DNA from: Ascidiella aspersa
Taxonomy: Eukaryota
Reading direction: 5' to 3'
Length of the DNA stretch: 64,000 bases
NCBI GenBank assembly: GCA_963924565.1
Contig: OZ004610.1
Location: 6,448,001-6,512,000, forward strand
Positions 11,287 to 24,684 of the stretch are shown one piece after another; the stretch's first letter is position 1, and every line of letters starts with the position of its first letter. A program made the position numbers and the translations under genes. The notes under the pieces are model-generated. The model did no database searches. It was not told the origin of the DNA and was given only the letters and a program-made list of their open reading frames with translations.

Positions 11287-14200
11287 ATGTTTGTGAAAAC
11301 TTTACAATGGTCTATAATCGCTTGTCTGGTTTTATGCTTTGGATTAATCCACTTTTCCTCAGGTAGTTAAGAAGTTTTAGCTGTCCGCTGTAGTACAAGT
11401 CAAAACTATTTCAACTGTTAATTATTGTTTTTCTTCTTGATGTAGGCATATAGACTTTTTAAAAAAAACTATTGGTTTACTTTTTAGCGCCTCGTGGTTT
11501 AGAATGTCGTTCATTGTTGTTTTTCTTTCTTTTATTGTTTGTCTGGTATATATATGTTTTCTCCTTTAGTTGCATTTATATTGCCCTGAGGACGATTGAC
11601 GGAATAGGTCAGGGGTTTTCAACATTTTTTTGCTCATGGCCCACTTAATTAGTAAAAAAAATGGCGGTGGCCCATCGACGTTTAATGTAAAACACCAAGT
11701 TTCAACAAAATAATAAATTAATAAAGCTTGTACATTGTTTCAAATGTGTTACGTCGCCCGATGCTTAATGGCTTGGTTAGAGACCGCCCAGACAAGTAGC
11801 TCAATATATATGCAGGCGAGTGAAAGACACACTCTTCTGTTTTTGTAGGAAAACGAAGGGGCGTAAACGCATGACCAACAATTGAAGTAACACATATACA
11901 CACCAACTATGATCTGTTTTAAGCCAAGCAGCACGTGGCTGTTCAATTGACGCAGATGCTAAAACACTGCAACTAAAAATCACCACAGCAAAAATAAGCC
12001 ATATTTGCGTACTATAGCAACGTTAAACGATATTCAGTACGTACAACATATACATCATTCAAAACTACGTCAACGTTATTTTACAGAGAATATAATTACT
12101 CTACTTAGCTACGTTGAAAATGGTCACCGGCAAACAACAGTTTCAAGTCTTAACTTTGCTACAAAGCATTAAACAAGTTATTACCGGCAAATGTAAAGTA
12201 AAGAAGTCCTAAAACCTTTTTAATTGCAGCACACCAACAGAGCTAAAAAAATCGGCAGCACACCTACGAAATATATGTTGATCGACAACATCAGCAAATA
12301 TGATGGGCAGCCAATAGAAAAACGAGCAGTTTATAATGAAATGCGCCGAAGTCGCCGAAAATTTTACGTATTACATTCCTTTATCTTCTGATTTTGCGGT
12401 TTTGCAGACTTTCTTAAAATTTCTGAATCCAGTCAAAGTCCTAAAAATTGTACTCCCTTACAATAGCGCATGGTTGATCTCTTACACCTGGAATATTGCA
12501 TAAGGTCAAAATACCTACCTTAATAAGATATACATTTTTCGCGACAATTCGCCTGATTAAAAAGTACCCAGAAACACAAGTAATACACCTACGGAAATGT
12601 CGCGGCACACCGGTTACGGAGCACTGTCCTAAACCAGCAGAATGCTCGCAAACAAAACCTAATACTATGTAAACAATAATGTCACAAACATAATATTAGG
12701 TTGATGTGTTTGCCATTTACCTGTCGGACTCTTATGTGTTCACAATTACATGATTTTTTATATCGCTGTATCCTGTATGTCAAGCTCTGTGGCGCACTGA
12801 AAACAGCGTAATGGCCCACTGATGGGCCATGGCCCATAGATTGAAAACCTCTGGAATAGGTGGTCGAGACGTTGGCACTTTATTAAAATTTTGCCGAACA
12901 ATGCCCGGCAGCAACATCATATTTAGTCGTTTTCTTTGATCGGTAATAAACTGCGTTTTTCTTAGACGGTCAACCTTGTTTTGTCCAAGTTTAAGTAATG
13001 CCTAACAAGTTTATCGGCGGAGTTTGGTTTAAATTCTTCTCTTTGAAACATTACAGGTCAAGTGAGATCAACATTTCGCTGCAAGAACGGTGTCGAGATA
13101 TCCGTCGGAAATTTCTGCAACGGAGTTCAGGACTGCGACGGAAGTGACGAAACAGCCGGAAACGCGTCGTGTCCGCTTTGCAACTTTCCCTCTGTCAGGT
13201 GACCCTTTCGAGAATGTAAAATTAAATTTTATCTAAAGAAGCACTTCATCGTAAGAAATACTTGATTTTTAAAATGGTATTTTTCCAGCACTTTTGTTTG
13301 TCTCCTCGGTCTGGCACATGGAAATTAACGAAGAAATTATCTTTAAAATCAACCTGTAAACAAAGTGAAGAAAAATTTTTTAAATATCGTTTTATCCGCA
13401 TACGGTGAAAGCGAATTTTATCCAGCAAAATGCGCGTTTTCTGCAAACATACTCGTTTTATAGTAATATTTATTGACTTATGCTGTTCCATAAAATTCGT
13501 TTTTCTGACAATAAATTAAATTTAGCAGTTTGTAGCCGAACTCAGCGCACGGGCCAGTTTATAAGGTATTTCTTTAAACAATTGCATTTGCTTGAAATGT
13601 TACTTTCCCGGGGACTCTAGATTTGAGTATATTCATATAGTTTTAATCGGTAGTTGCTTAGTTAAGAAATCTTTATACAAAACGATTAGGAGGTTTGCAT
13701 TCTCTTTAGAATATCATCCGCTTTGCTTAGAATTGTGTTTGCTTTAAAAACATTTTGCTGATGCACACAGAACTGGTCGTCATGCCAAACAACCTTAATC
13801 CTTATTTTTAGACATGCAAATTGCCATCTTATTTGTAAAACAAAAAGTCTACTTTGTATTTCAGTTGCACAGTCCCGCCTCGGAACTTTACCTGCCAGAT
13901 TGACCGCGAATGCATCTGCGATGCTTCTATTACCTGTCCCGGTATAACACCTTGCGATCTTGGCTGTCCAGGTTACTACAGGTAAGATAATTTTCCAGTT
14001 TCGAAATACAGCGAATCTTTTGCATACGTTAAAAATAGAAAGGGGTTACAAACTGACAAACTTTATGACAACTTGGATTGCCATTTAGCTAAAATTAGCA
14101 GAGCAGCAAACAATAAGTGAAATCCAATTTATTGATAATGAAGAAAATACAATAAATTATCATTTTAAAATCCAATGCGTTTGAAACACGTTGCACTTCG

Positions 14201-17200
14201 TAGATATGATAAAAATATATTTTAAAAAAGAGCCACAACCTATGTTAGTTTTCATCTTGTTATGGGCTTGGTATGCTTTTCATAAAAGTACGGTACGTTT
14301 CAAGATAAAAATCGCTCCGTCTTATCGCAAATTATGGCTAAAATTCTCCTAACTATTTTGTATCAGATCGGCACCGATACCACCCTGGCATCGGACGGAG
14401 GCCGGTACTATTACTAGATATTAGGTATCGCCTCCTATCTGATATTATCAGTAATCTCTACTGGTATTTGCTACCCAGGTGCAGCAAGACGAACCAGTGT
14501 GTATTACGTTCCACTCTGTGCGACGGCGATCCCTGCAACGGTTGCCCGGAAGACGACGACGATTGGCCGACAGGGATCGGTTTCCAGTGCGTGAGGAACG
14601 GCCGCTTCTGTCGTCTGCCGCAACAGCTGCTCTGGGACAGTGTGCAGGATTGCGCAGACGCCGCCGATCTTTGCTACAAGTCGGCCTTCAAAAACGACGG
14701 AAGGTTTGGAAAGCGTTTATTTTTAGGTGACGTTATTATACGTGGGCCGAAAATGGTATTACTAACTAGGGATCAAATAACTAATGATTTGAAAAGTACT
14801 TAATTACCGCATACTGTAAAGTGGCATAAGCTTCTGGCCCAAGCTTCAAAACGACTTTGCCCTTATTCAGTGTGGTCCAACTATGTTTTGTCGCAGGTCT
14901 TTAAGGGCATTTCGTTTGAAATGCCCGCCAATGTTACACGGGTGGATCTATCATTTTAGTTTGGGGCCATAAATAAATCTTACATGTGACGGTAAAAAAG
15001 GCAACAAAATTACACAGAGCATAGTGAAGTAGATGACATGCTATAATACATAAAATACAATAAAATCGCCAAACAAATTGCGTTTATATCATTATGGTTG
15101 GCAAAAACTGAGCAACGAAATAACTAGGCAGGAAATTCAGCATTGTGTGGCAATAAGATGTGATTTTTTTTTTATTTAATATCCTCACTGGTCTATATAA
15201 AAATAAAATCTGCATATGACATTTGCCCCACGACCCGCGTGTCTGTGGCTAGACTACGCCAGACTTGGACAACTAGATTTATTTTAGCTTTTTAAAATTA
15301 GATTAGAATTAGAATTAGAGCATTTCAGTTTTTCCAAATTAGATTTGAATTAGAATTAGATCATTTTGAGTTTTCTCAAATTAGAATTAGAATTACCGAA
15401 TTCTTAAAAAAAACGAATTTGAACTAGAATTTAAACTAATATTACATTTTATTATTCACAATCAATTACATTTAAATCGAGAAGTATTTTAATAGGAATG
15501 TGCATGTCAATTATGTGTGTGCTAATTTTTAAGCATTTTAGCATATGATTTTTAGTCCGTGAAAAATACCTTTCAACCAAAGAGTTTGAATTCAAATTCT
15601 TTGTCTTCACTAAGAGACTAAAAATGTCGTTGGACAAAGTAGGATTTTTGGTAAAATCCGAATTAGATTAGAACTAGAATTAGAGCACACAAGCAACTCA
15701 CAAATTAGATTAGAATTAGAACTAGCCGCATTTTGCTCTAATTCATTGAATTAGAAAACTAGAATTAACTAGTTGTCCAAGTCTGGACTACGCTGCTCTG
15801 GTCTACGATCCAACCAATGATTACAGTTGATAATCAGTCACAGTAGAATATCACCAGTTTCTTAATTGGTTTCGGTTAACCTCATTTGACGTTGATTAGT
15901 TTTACCTGTTTATACGGACTCTTTTTATTGCTTGTCAGTTTGTTGAAGAAATTGTTAACCTCTGTCATAAACCTTTTCTTACACTTTAAAAAGTGATTGG
16001 CTTTGATGATGATTGATGACACAAAAGCATTGAATAAACCTTTTGCGGTTATTAGTCATTGACAACACTGCGTTCGCCATTTTTTTATTGTTTTGTTGAT
16101 TTAAATGAAGTGAAGTTTAACCAATCATGATTATGCTGAAATTGCAATTGGTTTTTAACAGTGAAACCTATAATTAGACAGTTTTAAGATTCAAAATGCA
16201 ATTGCTTGCCCTTTTATGAACTCGTTCTCTTATTGGTCTATTAGAGATTTACGAATGCTTCCCGGAACCGTGTTTGACGATCAGAAGTGCTTCATGTGTT
16301 TGGACGGTTCGATGATCGTGCTACGTCACAAGGTCTGTGACGGAACAATCGACTGCTCCGATATGTCGGATGAGTGCTTGTGCGAGAGGCAACTGGCAGA
16401 TATCTGTAACAAAGTGCAGACTTCACACGGAACGTAAGTCATGTGTCTTGGATTCAGTACGCATTTGAAGTTAACCCAGAGGAACGTGGTTCCCTTAGCT
16501 TTGGCGTATGTTAATAAGACTGTACATGAAATGGTTACTCTGCCGCGATGTCCTACAATTGATTAATGTTACGGATATATGAGTATGTCACAGTTCCTAC
16601 TTGCTAAATGTAGCTCTCAACATTCGTATAGACGTTTTTCCAACATTGTATTTTGTCATAAATTAAATCCACGACGTTTGTAACTAAGCGATCAAATACC
16701 GAACTATAACACAGCAGTTTTAGTTAACAGTGGCAAACTTGACAGTACCGGTATTCAATATACATAGTTCTTCAAGTTATTGACTTAAGTTATTACCACA
16801 CTGGAAATTCGTAAAAAAAGAATCAACATTTGTAAAGATGTTCGTTGGGTCTTGTTGATTGCTCGACAGCAAACGTGACAACGTGTGTGAACAGAACATG
16901 GATATGCGACGGAGTTGTCGACTGCCCACTTAATCTGGACGAGAAGTAAGTTTACAGAAAACACATATAAACTGAATTATTGGATTTGAGATTAGGTTTG
17001 AGAAACTGTTTTGGTTCACGTTTTGCAAGCATTATGTCACGCGTTTCTCTTAATTTAGATAGCCATTCAATCTGATCCGCACAAAATCTAACAACGCCTT
17101 TGTTTGTTCGAAGGTTTAGTTACTGCAGAGGAACGCTCCAGTGTAACAAAGGTTTACCCGATGACGCTCTGACAGAATGCAGGTAAAGCTTTTTATAACC

Positions 17201-20200
17201 TTCATTGCAATGAACACCGAAGTTTACGAGAAATGAGACTCGCAGTTGGATAAATTTGAAACTAGCGATGTCTGTCCATACAAGATCGGAGCCGATACTC
17301 GATGCACAGAAGGTGTATCGGTAGAAGCCCGATACTAAGGTGATATCGGTGCCGACCCGAAACCAAGTTAATATATCACGTTTTTCAGCGATTCTACCTG
17401 GAAACGACGTTTCGTTAAGAAATCGTATAGGTCAACAACTGATGGTTAATACAGGCTAAATCAAGTTTTGGCTTAATCACTTAAAAAATAACTTTAAACG
17501 TTTCAATTTATCTATTTTGCCTGTTTGAGCATAGTATTGACGTAATTGGTTTTTGTCAAAAATATGTGATATAGGTATCGGTATTGCTATCGGAATATTG
17601 TCGCAGACTAGATCGGGACACGATCCCCAAAGTAGCTGCTAAGGATAGGAATGACTTTACTTTCTCGAGCAAGACGTTTATTGGACAACACGATAATCAG
17701 TACGGCAAATAACCATGCACACCAAGTGCTCGCATAAGGCTACAGTTTGTCTCTAACCAACGAGATTGCAAACTGTGCTCAAAATGCGTCCGATTCTCTC
17801 GGTATCCACCCGACGAATGATATCAAAACGACACCACGCAATAGCAGACGAAATCGACACAAAGATATCACGCAGCGCCGAGAAAACCGAGGCTGCGAAA
17901 TTCACACAATGTCCTATTCCTGAGGGGAAACTGTGGCGACGGGTAGCCGACCCAGACGGCAGTTCCCGCAGCCTAGCGCATTAGGTCCGCACAAAGGCGC
18001 TACAATAATTAAATTTGTGACAAATATAATATCGAGTATTCAACATCCATACTTAAAACTACACTGCCTTGTTGGCCTAATTAAAACAAAAAAATCAAAA
18101 GTTTGATGACAGACATTGATGATGATAACGCTTAATCAATTTTTAGGCCAGGCTCTCTTTTCGAAACTTAGGGTTTAAAAATTGTACAGTTATCACGAAA
18201 AGACTAATATTTACGAAATATTAGGGAAACCAACCTATTTGTTTGAGTAGCATGATGATAGTAAACATAAGCCTTCAGTTTAACGAGGAACATGTTAAGC
18301 CCAGTTACCAATTAAAGCATGTGCATTAACTACACGTTTCCTACCAACAGATGCCTAAACGTTCAAAGGGAATGTAGATACAAGGAACCCAACTGGCCCA
18401 AAGCAACGACCGCTGTCCTGTGCAATGGGGTAGACGAGTGCCCCTTGGCTCCTGGGGCTGGCTGGGTAGACCCTCCTGGGTTTCCTACAGACGAGTGCGT
18501 TGCAACTTGTCCAAACCGAACATTTGGTTGTACTGTGCCCTACAAGACTGGTATATCCGTAGCTCCGCCATTTTCCAACGTTTGTCCATTCGTAAGTACC
18601 AAATACAGCAAAAGTCTGCACTACTCAGTGGTAAAACTTGGGTTAGTGAGAAAGTTTTAGGGGCTGTGCAACTTATTGAAAATTTAATGACTGTCAAACC
18701 ATATTAAAAGTAACACATCATTTTGACTATATGTTGTAATAATAATACATATTTTGACCACTTATGTTCAGCAACGGGAAAATTATCGTATCATAATTTT
18801 TAATTATTTTTGTTCAAAATGTCGTTGTGGCTCAGGAACATAATATATAGGTTATCTTAGTAATTCTTAAATTAGAAATATCAATCCATAATATTTAATA
18901 AAATCGAAATTGATTTGTTCTGACTGACAATTTTTTTATCCACGTCGTTACAATTTGCGCCTTTCATCAACAAAGAAACTTAGTTTGTTAAAAAGTGCAT
19001 CAAGGAACCTATATAGCCTTACAGTTGTGGTTAAGTTGGAATAAGATACAAAAAAGGCTTCCCCACTGCAATGAATACATAATGCGCAGTCACGGCCATA
19101 TTCTGGCAGTAGAAATATCGTAGAACATGAACTCGCGTACACTCACATGACAACACTGGACAGGTAAACAGAGTGAGTGGCACCTAATTCAAACAACGAG
19201 CTCATCCAGGTTTACACCTGTCAAGTCGTTTTCTGTGTGCGTTTCAGAACCGCTCGGTGCATACGGAGCTGGTAAATCTGAACAATCAAAACGTGTGCGA
19301 TGGCATCATGGACTGCATTCCAAGCGGGTTTGACGAACGTTTCTGTCCGAACCGTTTCCCGTGCAAAAGCGGTAAGTACGTCAGCATCCTTCGGACGCAG
19401 ATCTGCGACGGTGCGAAGGACTGCGACAACGGGGAAGACGAGTTGAGGCAGAATTGCACGAAGAGGTTTTACTGCCCCTCGCTTAATGCCACCAGGGTAA
19501 GTGTAGGCGGGTAGAAGGTTGTCGGTTCGTTTCAATTGAAGCATATTTTGAATTAATGTGAAATACGAAGTTAAGGCAATAAGTAACTTTAGCCATATTA
19601 AAGACTTGAATTTGTAGAAATATTTTTGTTTAATTGTAAATTGACTTCACCACCTGTTTAATCCCCTGAAAATCAAGGGACATTGGTTCACAATCATGAC
19701 AATAATAGCCGTTTTTTTCTTTCTTTTTGGGCAAAGTTGACAGATATATTTTTGCCGAACAAGTCATTGGGATATATTTTTGATTTATTTCTTCTTTTTG
19801 CTTTATAATCATTCAACTATGTCTCTTCGGCTTCTGTCAGTGTATTTTAGAAAAAAATAAAAAGTAATACGGAAGCGCCTAATAAATAAATGCGTTTCTA
19901 TTAGTTAAGTGGTGTATTTATGGAGGCTTAAAAGCCGCTGGTTTCCCATAAAGTCCATGGTCATCAAGCATCACATTACTTTAGTAATTAAAATTCGAAT
20001 GCTTTTAGGAAAATAATCTCTGTTGTTTTATTGAAACCAAGGTGTCGGTTCCAAAGACATCTTTGTGCAACCAAATTATCGACTGCGACAATTCGGCGGA
20101 CGAGTCAAACTGCACAACCGACGGGAGATTTTACTGCGAAAGTGGAAAACCTCTCTTCGTTTTGAAGAACCAGGTGATCACTTAGCAAGCGGAGAAAATC

Positions 20201-23196
20201 CGTGGATGTGGTTTGTGACAATTAAAGTTTAAGCAACAACGGCTAAAAGTTTACTTTAAATCAAATTCGACTGTATATAAAAAAAAGCCAGATAAGTGTT
20301 TTAAAAGCTTTGCTAACGATAAATCTAAAAGTCATATTTTAAAGGCCTTTCCCATCAACGAACAAACAACCAATCACGTACCACTTGCCCCCTCCCCCTT
20401 ATGATTTTGGGGCAAGAGATTTAGAACAAAACAAATTCAAGACATCCATAATAAGAGGGTTTACCTAAATGTTCTTTTTCAAGATCAGGGACGGTCGCGG
20501 CGACTGCAGCGATTGGAGCGACGAATGTTCTTTCAAGTTTCAAACCTCGGCCAACGTTTTGTCGTCGCGATACGAACTCATCAGCAACGTTTTTCTCAGG
20601 GCAATAGTGTGGATTATGGCCACATTCGCACTGTTGGGAAACGCGGTAAGACCTTTATGTAATGTTTCAAAATCCGTGTACACAATTGAAGGAGATAAAC
20701 TAAATGCGTCAAGTCAAACACTTTATTTGAGAAAACAAGAGACACTGAGGATTATAGCAATTTTATAAAACAGCTTAGTTTTATTTAACTGCATACAGTA
20801 CATCCGGGTTTGCATACAGTAAATCCTTATTGCTTTTTTATGTACGGCAGATTGTTTTGGTCGGAGAAACCCGCAAGCTTCGCAAAGTCCTAAAATGCGG
20901 TGGTTCCGCTTCGCTGCGCACCAATCATATGCTCGTGATGAACCTAGCGGCGGCGGACTTTCTGATGGCGATTTACCTGCTGATGCTTGGAGTATCAGCG
21001 GCTGCTTACAGTGGAAGTTACTGCTCACAATCACTATACTGGCTCACCAGTCAAACTTGCCTGGCCATGGGTGTCCTTGTTGTACTCTCAAGCGAAGCTT
21101 CCATGCTCACAATGGTTCTGCTCACTATAAGCAGGCTATACGCAATCTCCAACGTGAGTAATGCAATCTAATTTAAGTTAGTTGCTTGCTAATATTATTT
21201 TATATAGTCCATATCTATACTGAAAAACACAAGATCCGAAAATATTTTCGTTTAAATATTTACCTTTCGTAGTTATACTAATTAACATCTGAACGAGAGT
21301 TTTTGTTAAGATCGATAGTACAGGCCGTTTGGGAACCTGTGTATATTTATGCAATAGTGAAATCCCATAAATCATACGACGAAATTCCTCCATAAATCCC
21401 ATAAGCCATACGACGAACTTTCTCCATTTCTTTGCAGCCGGTGAGAGCAATATCATCTCCACACAAACGCTCTGTCATGATTGCCCTTTTTCTTATCTGG
21501 GGAATTTCTTTAACGTTGGCTCTGGTACCATTGATCAGCTACCACCAGAGCACCTTCACCGAATCAGCTTTGATCAAGAGCAATCCGCTCTTCGGCAACG
21601 TTGTAGTCAGCTTTGACGCTGCCAAGAACATGACCCTCAAGCTGCTGACTTACTCCAGGTACTTTACGAGTCTTCCCGCGTCCACTGCAGGTCAGGTCCG
21701 AGCCATGACTTCGTGGGATCAGCTGCAGCAGTTTATCGGTGCCCACGCCCCTGGAGAAAGCTACCTGAAAATAAAGAGCTACTTTGGGTAACTTCAGTAT
21801 TGTAATGACTAAAAGCAATGTCTAAAATTAAGTGCACTTAAGACTGTTTTTAAATAATTTTACTTGACTTTAGTTTATTGTGTAAACTGACCTGGCTTGA
21901 TTATTTAAGTCGTTTGGAGAAATGACTTGACTCGACTTAGATATTTTGGACAAATGGGTTAAAATAAAGTGTTCTCATTAGACAATTTATTTGTAAAATT
22001 GGTTTATTTATTACGATTTTTGCATTTAAAACATTTTGCTTGCAATATGTTGCGTTTTTGTTATTTTTTAGTCGAGGTACTGGTTATGATCTGACAAGTA
22101 TACCAATTTTAATAGTTTATCATTTAATTGGATTTAACTCGGAGATGACTAGCTCTAATTATGACTTGGCTGGGACTTGTCTTGGACAACTTAACTGGTG
22201 ATTTATTCAAGATACTTGACGTTGACAAAACTAAAACGATTTATTTAGCTTGTTAAAATGTGATTCATTTTTTAAGATATTACAGTGCCAGTAGTGTGTG
22301 CATTCCCAACTTGTTCGTTATGCGAAACAACGGAGCTTGGCAGTTCTCCATCGCCATTTCGATCATCAACTTTCTCGGCTTTATCTTTGTGGCTGCCGGC
22401 TACATTTTGATCATTTTGAAAACAAGACAGTCGGTCGGTAAATCTCAGTCGAATAAGTCAGACAAGAAATCATCAGGTATTTGGATGTTTTACTTCCATC
22501 ATTTTTGCATTTGAAAAATAAGTCTGGCTTGCGTGTTTATTCTAATTTCATTTGTTATAATATCCTAAAAAGGACGATTCGAATCGCTTCATACTCATCA
22601 TATATTTTTCTTCGTTTTACAGTAATGACGTAAAATATACTATATAATGATTTTTGTTAAATACCCAACCTTGATCGTTAAGCTCCTAAGTAGTAAATGA
22701 TCGAAAATTAAGTAGCAGGACGTAATAGCACTTTCAAAACACTAATATGATCCTATGCCACAACATTACTTACGGGTCTGACGGTGTAACTTAAACTATT
22801 TTTACCATACCCTCAGCAATACAGCGCAAGATCGTCCGTCTGATCGCGACCGACTTCTGCTGCTGGATCCCGCTCTCCATCATGGTGTTCGTCAACTTCA
22901 GCGGAGTGAGGATCGACAGCATCTCGTACGCGGTCGCCGCCATCGTCCTGCTTCCCATCAACAGCGCCCTCAACCCGATCCTCTACTCCAACTTCACCGA
23001 CAAAGTCATCGACAAGATCAGGCAAAGGCATAAGAAGGCCTTCGAAAGCAGGGCTACCTCGAGCCAAGCGACCGGTATCACTCATCACGACAACACTCAC
23101 CACGAGATTGCACATCATGAGCAAACTCACCATGGAAAGATTAATAGTGACAACACTGATCATACAAAGAATCGTCATGGAAACACTTACTTGTAG
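11287..23196 (+). CDS. LDLa-repeat rhodopsin-type GPCR (RXFP/GRL101-like 7TM, no LRRs), paralogue 1, about 980 aa
   Basis: 15 GT-AG exons in phase: 11287-11362 (signal peptide MFVKTLQWSIIACLVLCFGLIHFSS), 13057-13198, 13865-13981, 14479-14703, 16245-16433, 16838-16945, 17114-17182, 18351-18591, 19248-19496, 20042-20173, 20484-20645, 20851-21153, 21438-21787, 22277-22476, 22817-23196; sum 2943 nt. Repeated CDGxxDCxDxSDE modules; 7TM motifs LLGN, NLAAADFLM, LSSEAS, TDFCCWIP, PINSALNPILY. Confidence 0.9.
11582..12877 (+). ncRNA. Degenerate Penelope-type minimal hammerhead ribozyme motif, split by a hAT insertion
   Basis: Removing the 11610-12853 element and one TSD gives TGCC-CTGAGGA-C-GATTGAC-ggaatag-GTGGTC-GAGAC-GTT-GGCA. 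This has stem I TGCC/GGCA, a CUGANGA core, stem II, and GAAAC mutated to GAGAC. Confidence 0.5.
11610..12853. mobile_element. Non-autonomous hAT element, 1244 bp, in intron 1 of GPCR paralogue 1
   Basis: TIR CAGGGGTTTTCAA...TTGAAAACCTCTG; perfect 8-bp TSD gaataggt (11602-11609 / 12854-12861). Confidence 0.9.
15260..15785. mobile_element. hAT-type MITE with (TTAGAA/TTAGAT)n subterminal repeats
   Basis: Perfect TIR CAGACTTGGACAACTAG...CTAGTTGTCCAAGTCTG; perfect TSD gactacgc (15252-15259 / 15786-15793). It appears to be inserted in the 3' end of an older element starting at about 14868. Confidence 0.92.
23080..23193 (+). repeat. Degenerate 15-nt coding tandem repeat (His-rich C-tail of GPCR paralogue 1)
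   Basis: actcatcacgacaac actcaccacgagatt gcacatcatgagcaa actcaccatggaaag ... encodes THHDN THHEI AHHEQ THHGK INSDN TDHTK NRHGN. Confidence 0.75.
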
Positions 23197-24684
23197 CATT
23201 ATCTACAAATACCAAAACAAGTTCTATATGTTAGTAAATTTAAAGAGGAACAACGTGTAGCAATATTTTACATTTTGTTGATATTCCCTCTTTGTATTGT
23301 GAACACCCATCTTCTCATTACCAACTAACCCCACGATCAGGGGAAACAGGAGGCCTACGTAGTAGTTGGTGCTAAGTCAGCACGATTGTTAATAAATGTA
23401 TATTTTCAACATACACCGAAATTTTCACACCGCATTACATGTTGGCTGCTGGAACCATAATATTAATGATTCGATAAACGTTTCGAAGCATTAATACTCA
23501 ACGCCAGACCAATATTGCACAATTTAAATTTTGAGTATGTTGCACTTATTATTGATCCCTTCCGCATCGTATAAAACAGAACAGATAACCACTTAATAAA
23601 GGGTCCATTCGCGACCCATTTTTGAAGCCTTTGCGATTCAGCGGTTATGATTTGCTGATCAAGTAAGGATACCAAGTATATCACAAGTGTATACATTTGA
23701 TCGTCATGACATAACTGGGCAACCCACAAGCCTTCTTGATTTAAAACAACTCCACTAAATCGAGATGATCCAGCTTTAACTTTACAGTCCTGTATACTCT
23801 ACTCAAAGAATTGTCATACAACTCATCCACCCGCGACATGTGGTTGGACAGTATTCCAACTTAAGCTATTCGACATTTACGATCCCACTGTGCCGCCTTG
23901 ACACATGCGAACGTCTGACTCGGAGATTGAGTGTAATGTTATTTAGTCTTACTCGGGCCCCGAGACGCCAACAATATAAATCAAATCCGCTGAGGCTTAT
24001 AGAGTCTTATAGAACTCTATATGGTACTATATTTCATGCAACCGAACAATTTGTAAAATGCGTATTTTATATGAGCCATTTCAGTTAGGAAAGCCATTTT
24101 ACTGTCAAACACTGCAGAAACCCGACACTAAGGAAGTGAAGGTGTTTGTTTCTACAATCGGTGCTTCGAGGATAAATCTAGATAAGGTTGTCCAGAAAGT
24201 CCAACAACATTTATTTAACTTTAAGCTCAAAAGTCTTATTAACTCGTCGCTCCTTAGCTTATGAAGACCAGCAGGCAGCAAAATTCATGCTATATATTTA
24301 GCAAACCATTGTGCTCGTGTCGCTGCTCTCAAGTTGGTTGCAGGCAAATTTCGTTTGAAGTTAGCAATAGCAAACGCCTAGCGCGATTTCCTCAGGGCAG
24401 TTCGGTAATTGGTCTTCATGCGCTAAGCTTCTAAATGCTATACGTCGTTCACTAGAACTGCCTTGTACACATTCCTAAACTTCCGCTGACCATGTGCACA
24501 CCAGCATACTTTTGCCTTAGGTTAAGGCCACTTGCTTATATAGGGTAAGCAATAACAATGTCAAAAATCAAAAGCCAATAAAACACTGACTGCTATAGTT
24601 TTTATGTGCCTGTGATCCCGTGCTTAAATAGGCAACGGAAATTCGTTTTAAATCCAACCAAAGGGAAACTGACACAGCGTATTT

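Noticed and set aside
15296-15770. TTAGAA repeats as interstitial telomere or CRISPR-like array
   Set aside because: They lie within a TIR element with a perfect TSD, there are no regular spacers, and the context is eukaryotic.
23463-24540. Additional gene between the GPCR paralogues
   Set aside because: No splice-consistent exon chain; at most a very decayed retroelement remnant that I cannot support.
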